Shown in pieces: positions 1 to 11,340 of a stretch of DNA of 64,000 nt (position 1 is its first letter; each line of letters opens with the position of its first letter). The stretch covers positions 31,770,204 to 31,834,203 of the forward strand of contig NC_057718.1 of assembly GCF_004010195.1 (NCBI RefSeq), given 5' to 3'. This DNA comes from Chiloscyllium plagiosum. Its lineage: Eukaryota. The position numbers were made by a program, and so were the translations under genes. Under the pieces are notes generated by a model, which saw nothing but the letters and a program-made list of their open reading frames with translations, made no database searches and was not told the DNA's origin.

Positions 1-84
1 GAGAGAGAGAGAGAGAGAGCGAGAGAGAGCGAGAGCGAGCGAGAGAGAGAGAGAGCGAGAGAGAGAGCGAGAGAGAGAGAGAGA
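1..84. repeat. (GA)n microsatellite interrupted by GAGC units
   Basis: Directly visible. Confidence 0.95.
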
Positions 85-1179
85 TATGAATACCAAGCTG
101 AAAGTGAAAAAAAAACTGAGTTCTGCGGATAAGGAACTCAAAATAGATTGTGACATTTGCAGAGCACATAAGCCAAGGTTTCTCCTGAAGTTTGAACTCT
201 AAAATCTGTTGGACTGGCTGTACCATCAGTTTGCATTTCCATGGCTCTGGCCCAACATTTGAGCTAGATATGAGGAATCCTCAAAGTCATTTGCTGTGAC
301 CGGAAAAAAAACCCATCAGTATTTCAGTGGCTGGAAATATAGTTATAGGACCATTAATTGCCTCTGTAAATTAGGAGCTGGATTCCACAAAGCTACATTC
401 CATCACATTATAAACCTAAAAATACATAGCAATCTTTTCAAAGAAGTTAAATTCTCAAAGGGTCAGAAAAACTAATGTTAACTTACCGCAATTGTGCTGC
501 AAATCCCAAATATTCAAGGGATCATTAATGCTTTGTTTACCTTTTGACAGTCAGGATTGAAGTGTTGCCTTCTTGAAAGTTGCCTGCTGCTCAAACAGGT
601 GAGAATAATTTACATTTTTGCTTCACTTTTAAGACCACTTGTACAGCTGAATTGGCATTATTGGCTGAACTCCTACATGTTTAACATTTCCACATGGGGT
701 GCTTTATGTTGAATATCTCCTATGGGACAGATTTATTTATGTAGCTGGCTCAACAATAGTAGTCTTAGCTCTTCCTCTGAATGCCACTAGAGGCCAATTT
801 GTGTCCCAGATTAACTGCTACCTGTTTAACCTTAGTTCCTCAATTTAGAGATATGCCAGTATGTCAGCAGAACCAGGCAGAGTATGGCTGTTTTCTTTAA
901 ACTGTGCTTTTGTATGAACTTTCAATTGTTAAGACTAAATTGGTCTTTTTAGACCAGAACACGAAGGCTTATTTAGGAAGCAAGTGAAACACACAGTTAA
1001 CAAAAACAAAATCACTTGTTTAATGATGCTTGAAGCCTTTAGTCGTCATTTTCTTTGTTACCCCTAATTATATTCCAGACGCCAAGAAGGAAAGATGCCA
1101 TGTTCTACTCTGTCAAGAGTTGGTTACAAAGTGATAGAGTTAAAGAGAGGAGGGAATGAATGATAGAAAAACACTCATC

Positions 1180-1580
1180 TTAAGCTTGAGGAACAGCACC
1201 ATATATGTCAATACTTCTACAGTCTTCCAGATTCAACATTCACACCCCCTCCCCAATACCCCCGCCCAAAGTTTGTTTCCTTTTCTTTGTCGTTTCAGTT
1301 ATTTTCATTCCCCCTTCCAACTGGCATCACATTTGCTCTCGACATCTTTAGTGCCTTTTCTTGCCTCATGACTACCATCACTGACCTTAGAAGACTTGCT
1401 CTTCTGTCAGTCAATCACTCTGGTCTTTCATCCTACCAGGACTCCTTTCTCCCCTTGCTCAGAATGTACTGAATATCTAACTTTACCTAACAGTTATGAC
1501 ATGAAATTTTACTTGTTTCTCTCTCCACAGACACAAACCAACCTGCTAGTTATTTCCAGCAATTTCAATTAGAATTTCAG
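1180..1580 (+). mobile_element. Old Penelope-like element 3' end (degenerate)
   Basis: aagcttgaggaacagcac = KLEEQH, resembling the PLE GIY-YIG C-terminal tail. It is followed by a pyrimidine-rich tract and the tctctccacag...ttccagca terminal repeat seen elsewhere in the window. Confidence 0.5.
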
Positions 1581-2280
1581 TTCTATTAAGATCTCTACTA
1601 AAACTGAAAGCATACACAAAAGATAATGGAAGAAGGTCATAATGGGGCTGGTGGTGGGGTGTGGGCGCATGTGGAGTGATTCCAAAGTCTGAACAGCTAG
1701 ATTTGAGGCACAATAAGCAGTTGTCATCCAATCTACCAGGTGTGACAGCTAATTGATGCTGCAAGTTCACTAGACAGGAGACCTCAGTGACCTACATTCA
1801 AGCAAATTTATTTTTAAAGCTTAATTTTATCAGTTTTACACTGCATTTGGACCTTCCTTAACTGCTTGCATTTGGTCCAATCACTTTAGTTTATAGAGGG
1901 TCCATCAACAATCATTGTGCCCTTTGATGACACAAATAAGGGACCTAACAATTGCAACACAAAGATCCTGGAGATCTATTTCCTAAATTATTAAATATTT
2001 GTTATATTTATACAGTTTATGAAACTTTTATCGATATGGCAATTTTCCAGCTTGTGATGTTTCTAACCCATGAAGCTTAAAGTGCACCCAAAAAATGGGC
2101 ATTGCATCAAGTTTCTAGCCTCATATTTTTAAAATACGCACAAAGTTGCAAACGTTAGCTCTGGAAGTGAAACGTTAAAAAACAAGAGAAGCATTATAGA
2201 AAAAGAATGACCAATGAGTGTAGCCACCAACATTCGAGAAGCTTTTGATGACACATGCAGCTTGACATTAAAAAAAACTT

Positions 2281-2748
2281 GGAGGAGGGAGGGGGAAAGT
2301 AGCAAAGAGTACAATAGGTGAATGGGGGTGGGGTTGGAGGTGATCGGTCAGAGGGGAGGGTGGAGCGGATAGGTGGGAAGGGAGATTGGCAGGTTCAGTA
2401 CATGGTTGAAGAGCTTCAGGACAGAGGAGATGACCTGGGGGTTGCAGTGAGAGAGACTCCCGGAGATTCTTGTGGAGAGGAGAACATCTTCAAGGAGGGC
2501 ATCCTTGCAAGAGGATGGCTATCCCCACCCCCATTCACCTATTGTACTCTTTGCTACCTTCTCCCCCCACCACCTCCCACCATTTAGCTCTCCACCCTGA
2601 AGGCTCCCTGCCTCCATTCCTGATGAAGGGCTTTTGCCCGAAACGTCAATTTTCCTGCTCCTCAGATGCTGCCTGACCTGCTGTGCTTTTCTAGCATCAC
2701 TCTGATCTAAACTCTGGTTTCCAGCATCTGCAGTCCTCACTTTTGCCT
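2281..2748 (+). mobile_element. Penelope-like element (family A) terminal repeat with inverted 5' segment
   Basis: 2296-2333 is the reverse complement of 2523-2560. Contains a hammerhead core at 2620-2647. Flanked by attaaaaaaaa on both sides (2267-2277 / 2749-2759). Confidence 0.8.
2620..2647 (+). ncRNA. Minimal type-I hammerhead ribozyme motif
   Basis: CTGATGA-A-GGGC-tttt-GCCC-GAA-ACGT-C: catalytic core boxes, 4-bp stem II, palindromic stem III, GUC triplet. Confidence 0.7.
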
Positions 2749-3116
2749 ATTAAAAAAAAATCAATGAGCTTAGCAGCTGATTTCCCCAAAAGATAAAGGA
2801 AGCTGGTCTGAATTAATATGGGACAGAAATTTGTCAGAATGAATATCAATTTTATTATTGACAATTTAATTCTCCATTAATTTCAGTTCATTTTCATAGA
2901 AAACTATAAACATCCCAAAGATAACTTTGCAAAGTGCTTGTGGGAGGAAAGAGCTTGCAACAGTCTTTATCACGAGGGACAAAACATTTGATAATCTAAC
3001 GGCTCTAAAGGCTGACAGGCCATCAGGATTTAATGGGAGAAAGTGAGGACTGCAGATGCTGGAGATCAGAGCTGAAAATGTGTTGCTGGAAAAGCGCAGC
3101 AGGTCAGGCAGCATCC

Positions 3117-3976
3117 NNNNNNNNNNNNNNNNNNNNNNNNNNNNNNNNNNNNNNNNNNNNNNNNNNNNNNNNNNNNNNNNNNNNNNNNNNNNNNNNNNNN
3201 NNNNNNNNNNNNNNNNNNNNNNNNNNNNNNNNNNNNNNNNNNNNNNNNNNNNNNNNNNNNNNNNNNNNNNNNNNNNNNNNNNNNNNNNNNNNNNNNNNNN
3301 NNNNNNNNNNNNNNNNNNNNNNNNNNNNNNNNNNNNNNNNNNNNNNNNNNNNNNNNNNNNNNNNNNNNNNNNNNNNNNNNNNNNNNNNNNNNNNNNNNNN
3401 NNNNNNNNNNNNNNNNNNNNNNNNNNNNNNNNNNNNNNNNNNNNNNNNNNNNNNNNNNNNNNNNNNNNNNNNNNNNNNNNNNNNNNNNNNNNNNNNNNNN
3501 NNNNNNNNNNNNNNNNNNNNNNNNNNNNNNNNNNNNNNNNNNNNNNNNNNNNNNNNNNNNNNNNNNNNNNNNNNNNNNNNNNNNNNNNNNNNNNNNNNNN
3601 NNNNNNNNNNNNNNNNNNNNNNNNNNNNNNNNNNNNNNNNNNNNNNNNNNNNNNNNNNNNNNNNNNNNNNNNNNNNNNNNNNNNNNNNNNNNNNNNNNNN
3701 NNNNNNNNNNNNNNNNNNNNNNNNNNNNNNNNNNNNNNNNNNNNNNNNNNNNNNNNNNNNNNNNNNNNNNNNNNNNNNNNNNNNNNNNNNNNNNNNNNNN
3801 NNNNNNNNNNNNNNNNNNNNNNNNNNNNNNNNNNNNNNNNNNNNNNNNNNNNNNNNNNNNNNNNNNNNNNNNNNNNNNNNNNNNNNNNNNNNNNNNNNNN
3901 NNNNNNNNNNNNNNNNNNNNNNNNNNNNNNNNNNNNNNNNNNNNNNNNNNNNNNNNNNNNNNNNNNNNNNNNNNNN
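3117..3976. other. Assembly gap (N run)
   Basis: Run of N. Confidence 1.
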
Positions 3977-4033
3977 AAATGTGTTGCTGGAAAAGCGCAG
4001 CAGGTCAGGCAGCATCCAGGGAACAGGAGAATC

Positions 4034-4061
4034 GACGTTTCGGGCATAAGCCCTTCTTCAG
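4034..4061 (-). ncRNA. Minimal hammerhead ribozyme motif
   Basis: Reverse complement is CTGAAGA-A-GGGC-ttat-GCCC-GAA-ACGT-C. Confidence 0.7.
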
Positions 4062-4549
4062 GAATGAGGAAAGTTTGTCCAGCAGGCTAAGATAAAAGGT
4101 AGGGAGGAGGGACTTGGGGGAGGGGCGTCGGAAATGTGATAGGTGGAAAAAGGTCAAGGTGAGGGTGATAGGACAGATTGGGGTGGGGGCGGAGAGGTCG
4201 GGAAGAAGATTGCAGGTTAGGAAGGCGGTGCTGAATTTGATGGATTTGACTGAGACAGGCTGGGGGGAGGGGAAATGAGGAAACTGGTGAAATCCGAGTT
4301 CATCCCTTGTGGTTGGAGGGTTCCTAGCCGGAAGATGAGGCGTTCTTCCTCCAACCGTCGTTGGAGGAAGAAACTCAGTCAGTCAGGCAGCATTCGTAGA
4401 CAGAGAAACACGATTAAAGTTTGAGTCCGGTATGACTCTTCCGCAGCCATTTCCAGTTCTGGAAAATCATATTGGGCTTGAAATGTTAACTATTTCTCTC
4501 TCCACAGATGCGACCAGACCAGCTGCACTTTGCTTTCATTTATTATTGC

Positions 4550-5062
4550 ATGGATTGAGGATTCAATTAGTGGGTCTTTTTCATGCTGAAAATGTGGAGT
4601 GCAACAAGGATCAGTCATGAGGTCTCAATTATTTACTATCTATATTAATGACTTGGAGGAGGGGTAAAGTGTATTGTATCTAAACTTATTTATGATACAA
4701 AAATAGGTGCCAGGACATGTTGTGATGTGGACAAAAAGATTCTGCAAGGAGCTATAGATAGGTTGAGTGAGTGGGAAAATATTTGACAAATGGAGAAGTA
4801 GGAAAGTGTGGTGTCATGCACTTTTCGTAAGAAAAAGCAAAAGGTGGACTATTACTTAGAGAACTAACTCCCAAAAAAAGTGGTATGCAGATGGATCTGG
4901 GTGTTCTTATACGTAAAACACAAAAAAATGGCATTGAGCGCAGCAAATAAATAAGAAAACAAATGAATTTTGGCCCTTATAAGGGTCACAGTTTAAAAAT
5001 ATGAACAAACAGGGACTTTTTGTTTACTATTGTAGAAGATGCTGGCGAAGCCTCACTAGGAA
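4550..5062 (+). mobile_element. Old CR1-type LINE reverse-transcriptase fragment
   Basis: Degenerate GVxQGSV..LFTIYINDL..SKxxxDTKIG-like coding remnants with stops and frameshifts. Confidence 0.7.
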
Positions 5063-7229
5063 TACAGGTTGTTCTGCTGTAATGCACGTTTTGTTAATGC
5101 AAATTCGCTATAACAACGATTCACAAATTGGGGACAGTGTTTCTAAATGGAACTACAGCATGCTGTAAATTGTTTTTAAAAGTGTATGTCACTGATGTCA
5201 AAACAGATTACTGCTCACCATTACTGCTTTGTGAAACACTGATGTTACAAATTACCTGTCAATTTTATCCAGCAGTACTTCATTGGATGTGATGTGATCT
5301 GGGATTTCCCAATTATGTGAAGGATGCTGTATGAAATATAGACAGATGAAATATAGACAGCTAGCACTTTCCACTGTGAGAGATTTAAAAGAAGGGCAAT
5401 AGCACTCATCTATTTATTACTAAATGGATAGGCTTTAGTCTCTCAACCAGTTTATCACCAAAATGCACAGATTGGTAAATGGCACTAAAAGTGGGGAGGA
5501 TACATTTATTTATATTACTGACTATCCATATTTTTGGACAAGATCACTGGCTGAATAAGTTAAAGTTTCATTACATAATTTTGGGTGTGATTAGGGATTC
5601 AGGTTCTCCAGCTTCCTCTATTTTCTTGATGAGAATTACAAGCTAGTGGGTTTGACCTTGGGTTACTAAACAAGTAAACCTAGCAGAGGGCAATTACAAA
5701 TATACCAGAGTAATTAACTAATCTAATTTTCAACATGGAGAAATAGAAATAGTATTAACTTGGGCCTAACAACTACTTCCAAAATCAAATTATTAAACAT
5801 TTGAACAGTACTTTTGTTTAATCGCAAGACCAAAGTTAATAAATTGTATACTATAGAATTCATCAACCAATGTTACTTTCAAAACTCATAGCAGTACGCT
5901 TTACATATTTTTGAAGTATAGATTTTTTGGTAGGAAACAAGGAAGATCCTTTTACTTCCAACAACTATAAGTCAGCCATCAGAAGCGTTCTCTGCCAATT
6001 TGCATTGTATTTAAGGCCTTCTTTGTCAGTTCACTACAATGTTTAGCATTGATTATTACTGACATTCTGCCTCTGGATGGATTAACACTCCAATTAATCT
6101 TCAATCATAACACATTTTTAAATCATACATAAAAATTACTTGCAATTAAAGTCATCATAAATTATTTTGCAAAACTTGGACAGCTTGAATATTGTTTTCT
6201 TTGTTACAATTCTCAAGACAGCATTATAATGATCATAGGTTAACGTTTTCTTCAAAAGTTGTACTTGTTCAATAATAAAATGCTTGCTGAAGAGTGTCAC
6301 TAATTCAGATTAGTGAAAAGAACACTAGACCCTTTGAAACATGAACTGCCCAATACTTGCCATTGAACCACAACAAATTAGTAAATGCACTACTGCTTCT
6401 ATTTTTTTCCATCCTTAAGAATAGGTTGAAAAAACAGAAAATAAAAAAAATACTCAGTCTCTATGGACGGAAAAAAAAGCTGGTGAATATTTTCAGTTGA
6501 TGGCCTTATACTGAGACTGAGAAAAAGTAAAGATTTAATAGGTTTCAAGCAGGGTCAACATGCAGAGAATATAAACTTATTCCAGGCAGTACATTCTACA
6601 TCCTAAATACTCGGTGTGAAAAAAAAACCTTCATCCTTTATTTCTTTTGTATAACATTTTAAAACTGTGCCCTCTGTTTCTTAATCTGTATGAGTGGGAA
6701 CCTTTTCTCCCTATCCACTTTGGCCAGAACAAACATGATTTTGAAAACGCTATCAAATCTGCTTTTAGCTTTCTCTTCTCTGGGCTTTTATTCCCCAAAT
6801 AAGGCATGACTAGGATCTGAAATATTTTAACCAAGTGTGTGATGAAGGCAGATAAAATTGAAAACTTTAAAGGAGAATTGGATAAATAACTGAAACAGAA
6901 AGACTTGCAACGTAAAAGGATAAGGAATGGAGAATAGATAAGCTGCTCTTCCAAAATTAATATGCACATGACAGGCCTCATGGTCCCTTCCTTTGTAACA
7001 ACTATTCTATGATTCTATGAAGTTGCTGGATGAGGGAAGGAAAAATAACAAAAGGGAAAGTCTGTGGCAGGGTGGACAGAAGGATAAATTAAAATGACCC
7101 TGTATCTTCAACAATTTTTTTAAAGAAATAGATTAAAGGTCAGGTTAATGAGCAAACATTACAACTAGAGGTAGTGTGAATAGCAGAATCATGGACAACT
7201 AATGTCTTTGTGAATGTAAAGTTATTTCC

Positions 7230-7940
7230 AATCAGCTTCTGCAGGGTTCAGTATTAGGGCTATTATGGTTTGTGACGATTGTATATCAAGAATTTAGACG
7301 ATTGTATATCAAGAATTTAGACGATTGTATATCAATAATTTAGACGATTGTATATCAATAATTTAGACGATTGCATGCAGGGAACATAATTAAGAATTTC
7401 AGAGAAAATAAAAATCAGTCAATTGGGTGATACTGAAGAAGTCATGGACTAAAGATATCAGGACTGGTCATGTGAGCAGAAAAGCGCACACAGAATTCAA
7501 TCCCAAAATATCTGAGGTAATGATTTCAAGGAAACAGACAATGCAAGGAGTATACACTGAATTGTAGAATTCTGAGCAGAGCAGAGGAACAGATGGACAC
7601 TGAAGTGTATTTCTGTAAATCCCTAAAAGTAGAACAGGTAGGAGAGATGGTCAAGAAACAATGGGTGAGGGTGGGATACTTTGCCTTATTGGCTGAGTCC
7701 AGAATACAAGTGCAGGGTGATTATGCTACAATTGATAAAAGTTAGATTGCAGCTTGAACATTTCCCAGAGCTCGGGTCATTGCCTGACAGAAGATTGTGA
7801 TCACACGAGAGAAGAGTATAAAAAAGACTTATGAGGATATTGCCAGGAATGGAGAATTTTGGCAATGATCAAAGCTTGGACTTACTGGGATTTTCTTCTT
7901 TGAAGCAGAGAAAGCTAACAAAAGATCTAATTGAGCCATT
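7230..7940 (+). mobile_element. Old CR1-type LINE fragment
   Basis: QGSVLG remnant at about 7240, and ORF 7831 (RILPGMENF...LGFSSLKQRKLTKDLIE) matching the CR1 ORF2 C-terminus. Confidence 0.7.
7274..7373 (+). repeat. 23-bp minisatellite, about 4.3 copies
   Basis: gacgattgtatatcaagaattta x2, then gacgattgtatatcaataattta x2, plus a partial copy. Confidence 0.95.
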
Positions 7941-10779
7941 CATGATTCTACTATTCTCTCTTACCTTCCATCCCACAACTGACTTTTCCTTTCATTATTT
8001 TGTTCCACACACTTTTCAGTGGCTTAAAATGTATTACATCTCTAGCATTATCCGCTCCGATAAAAGGTCATCAGACTGAAATGCAAACTATTTCTCTGCA
8101 CAAATACAGCTGCTGAATATTTTATCTTTTTGTTGTCATTTCAGATTTCCAGCATCAGCAATATTTTGTTTTAGATAACATTTATCCTGCTTTCACTGCG
8201 GAGACAGAAGAAATCCTGGACAGCACACAGTAATAACTTAAATTATTATACAAAGGAGCAAAATCCTTGAAATTGATTGTATCCAGTGATAGAACCTATG
8301 ACTGGAAATCTTCTAAATGTAGAAAATGTCCTTTTCCAACTAGTCTTTGGGATTGGTAAAAAGCAAAGCAAAATAACACACCTTCATAAATGACTAGATT
8401 AAAATAGAATTTAGCAGGATACATATGCTAGATGGGTAGTGGTCACATTTAACACTGCAAATGACCTTGTTGTTTCCATACAAATACTTTAAAGGGCAGG
8501 CAGGAGCTTTTCCATATGGAATACTGACAGTGTTATCAAGGAAACAGGAAATTTGGAAATTGTGAAGGTGCAATTTAATAACCATATCTTACCCAAATTC
8601 CAGCAAAAAAGCAATCTGACATCAGAGACTAAAACTTTGGAATTACAGACACAAAGAAAATAGCGATTATTCAGAGTTAATTGTTAAAGCTACTAAGAAA
8701 AATTAAAGCAAGGTGGGAGAGTGTTAATTGATGTTTAACAACCTATGCATAATTTTGGGTCAATGAAAGGGCACAACTTTATTCCTAGACACCAATTTTA
8801 AGCAACTGATATTTCAGTAGTGAGAAAATTGGACCTCTTCATGTCAAACTCCAATTTATTTTGGGAGATCAGTATACATAAATATATAGTTATTAACTTT
8901 ACAGCTGTGAATTAGCCTCTGTTCTACTTTTCTAACAACCAGATTGATTACCTTTTGGACTGTGGTAACTAAAACATTTATTTTAAAATCCAATGAAAAT
9001 GCCACCAGATTTTTATTATATTAAATAACGTGCCTTTAGTTATTATCAACATAAAGATGTGTACTGTCATCAAAGACATCCCCAACAGAAACTAAATTAA
9101 TCTGCTGTTAAAGATAAAACTTCACTGCGGTTTGTGGGTCCACAAAGATGGTGTTAGGGTTGATATCATAATTGTATATTTACACTGTAATTATATATTA
9201 GCTGCAAATATAAAATGTTACAGTAAAATCAAATAATAAATTTGGTAACAAAAAGCCTCCTCTACATACATATTTGATGTGCATACAATGGCGATAATGG
9301 ATTAGGTCTTATCTTTATCACCATAAACCAGATTGCAAGTGAAATAAAAATGTCTGGCTGACTTTCCTCTATAACCTGTTAAAAATTCAGTAAACCATTC
9401 TTACTTATTTGATTTTTGCTACTTTGGCCAAATTATAAATTATTGAGCAGAAATCAAATCTCCTTCCTTTCCCAGAGAGCTAACCTCAACTTTTGCACCC
9501 ATCAGCATCTCTATGATAATAAAAAAAATCAAATGGACTTACCCTTCATACAGCAGTAATAGTGTCTAAAAATTATATAGTATATTCACACACGCAGTTT
9601 GGGTCAACATAAGAGCACAATAGCACATTAAGTAACTATCAGATGTAATATTGTTGCAAAAAATTCTAACTCAACAGATGAGATCTTCCTGTAGCATACA
9701 GCATCAGTTAGACTTATATGATTAGATCTTGACATTTTTTTTGCTAAATGTCAATTTGCTAAAGGTTGCAAGATGATAAAATCACAGTTACTACAGGTTA
9801 CACAGCTAACAAGATGTAAGAGATAATGGCAAGCAACTGTGTATCTCCTGCCCCAGATTTAAGAATTGTAAAATTAACAATTCAAAGTCTAAGAAGATAA
9901 TGAAAATTAGAGTGGGTAAACTGGTGTCAATGGAAAGGAAAATAAAAGAGGGAGAGAAGAAAGTTTGGATTGAGAGAAAAAGATTGGAATGGAAATAAAG
10001 TGTTATAACTTTAACTTTAAAGAAGATACTCACACTTGTAACAGTTCATTGCTCATGCCAGACAGGGAGGTTGGTAATAATTAACATTCATTATGTTATT
10101 AAATGGGTATTTAAACTTGAAATGACAGGCTTCTTTCTTTGGTGGCCTCCAAGTCAACTGTAGAAATACATCTACTTCACACCATTCAATGCATTTCAAT
10201 AATAAGGGAGGTTTGAATGATACCAATTTTTGCAAAGCTAATAGTGGAGCAGTGTAACCTGCACACTAACTTTTGGATACTATAATTTAAATGTACTTCT
10301 GTTTCTCACCTTATGTTACTGTACCATGTCACAAAAAGTTCTACTAGCCTCACCTTTGAGAGCAATATCTAGACCAGTGAGCTTTTATATTATCTGCTGT
10401 CTGAGCACGGTCTTCCAGGTGGACAAACATAGTCAAATTGGACTATTCTACAATTACATGGAACACAGAAGAAGATGGCTTCTTTTTAAAAAAAACCTTC
10501 ATGTAATACCTTGAAATTAAGCACTAACTGCAATAAGTCAAATTTTGCAAGTTTTTGTTAAATATAATGTTGAGATAAAAATACACTGTTGTGCCTCATA
10601 ATGACCCGTTCAAAAAAGTTTTCATAACTTCATTAAAAGTTACAAACTTTTGTGAATGCATTACTAGAAATTCACAAGTTATACTCAATCTGCATAACTA
10701 AAAGGAAATGTATCATAACATACCAAAATTATTAATGCAATCTAATGCATAGCAAGTTTATTCTCAGTTGAGCATATAC

Positions 10780-11340
10780 ACCCCTATGAAAGTACTATCC
10801 AATTAGTTTCACTTCCATGATCTTCTCTAGCTTCCCTGCAAAATCTCCCCCTGAGTATCTCCCCTTTTAAAGTGATCACTGAATCTGATCCAAACAGCTT
10901 TTCAGGCACTGCATTCCAGATCGTAATTGCTCAGTGTTAATTTTTTTTCCTCACATCACCTCTGGTTCTTTTGCCAGTACCTTAAATCTGTAACCAATGG
11001 TTACCAAACTTTTTGCACTGGAAACAATTTTTCCCCATTTATTCTACCAAATCCTTTCATGAATTTGAATACCTCTATTAATATCGTCTATTAATACCTC
11101 TATTAATAGTGTACAAAGAGAAACCTTGAATATGGAATTGCGTGTATACCAGTGTTTTTCATCCCTGGCATACATGAGCAAATCTACTCTACATACTCTT
11201 GAAGGCCCAGTCATTGCTTCAATAGGTAGTGCTCAGGATTGGAACTATAAACCAGCTGAGGCCTAACCAGTGGTTTATAAAAGTTCAACAATAAGACCAG
11301 CTTGCCTTTGTATTCCGTGCCTTTCTTTATAAAATCAAGG
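10780..11340 (-). mobile_element. Old CR1-type LINE 3' fragment
   Basis: Reverse-complement similarity to the CR1 3' regions elsewhere in the window; highly decayed. Confidence 0.5.

Larger units (their letters stand above)
3037..4372 (-). mobile_element. Penelope-like element (family A) spanning an assembly gap
   Basis: Minus strand at about 4290-4360 encodes RRLEEERLIFRLGTLQPQGMNSDF (PLE GIY-YIG C-terminal motif). Terminal repeat carries a hammerhead core at 4034-4061. Confidence 0.8.

Noticed and set aside
781..797. Plus-strand CTCF-like gccactagaggcca
   Set aside because: Weaker match at the 3' GGCR positions; not counted, though it should be scored formally.
3077..4017. Identical sequence on both sides of the gap suggesting a tandem PLE
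   Set aside because: It could equally be an unmerged contig overlap; cannot be resolved without reads.
2866..4090. Long ORFs of 300-390 aa
   Set aside because: They are artefacts of translating through the N gap.
5063..5150. Possible Tc1/pogo-like terminal inverted repeat (tacaggttgttctgct...)
   Set aside because: No matching opposite terminus was found.
7274..7373. CRISPR-like repeat array
   Set aside because: There are no spacers; it is a contiguous tandem repeat in eukaryotic DNA.
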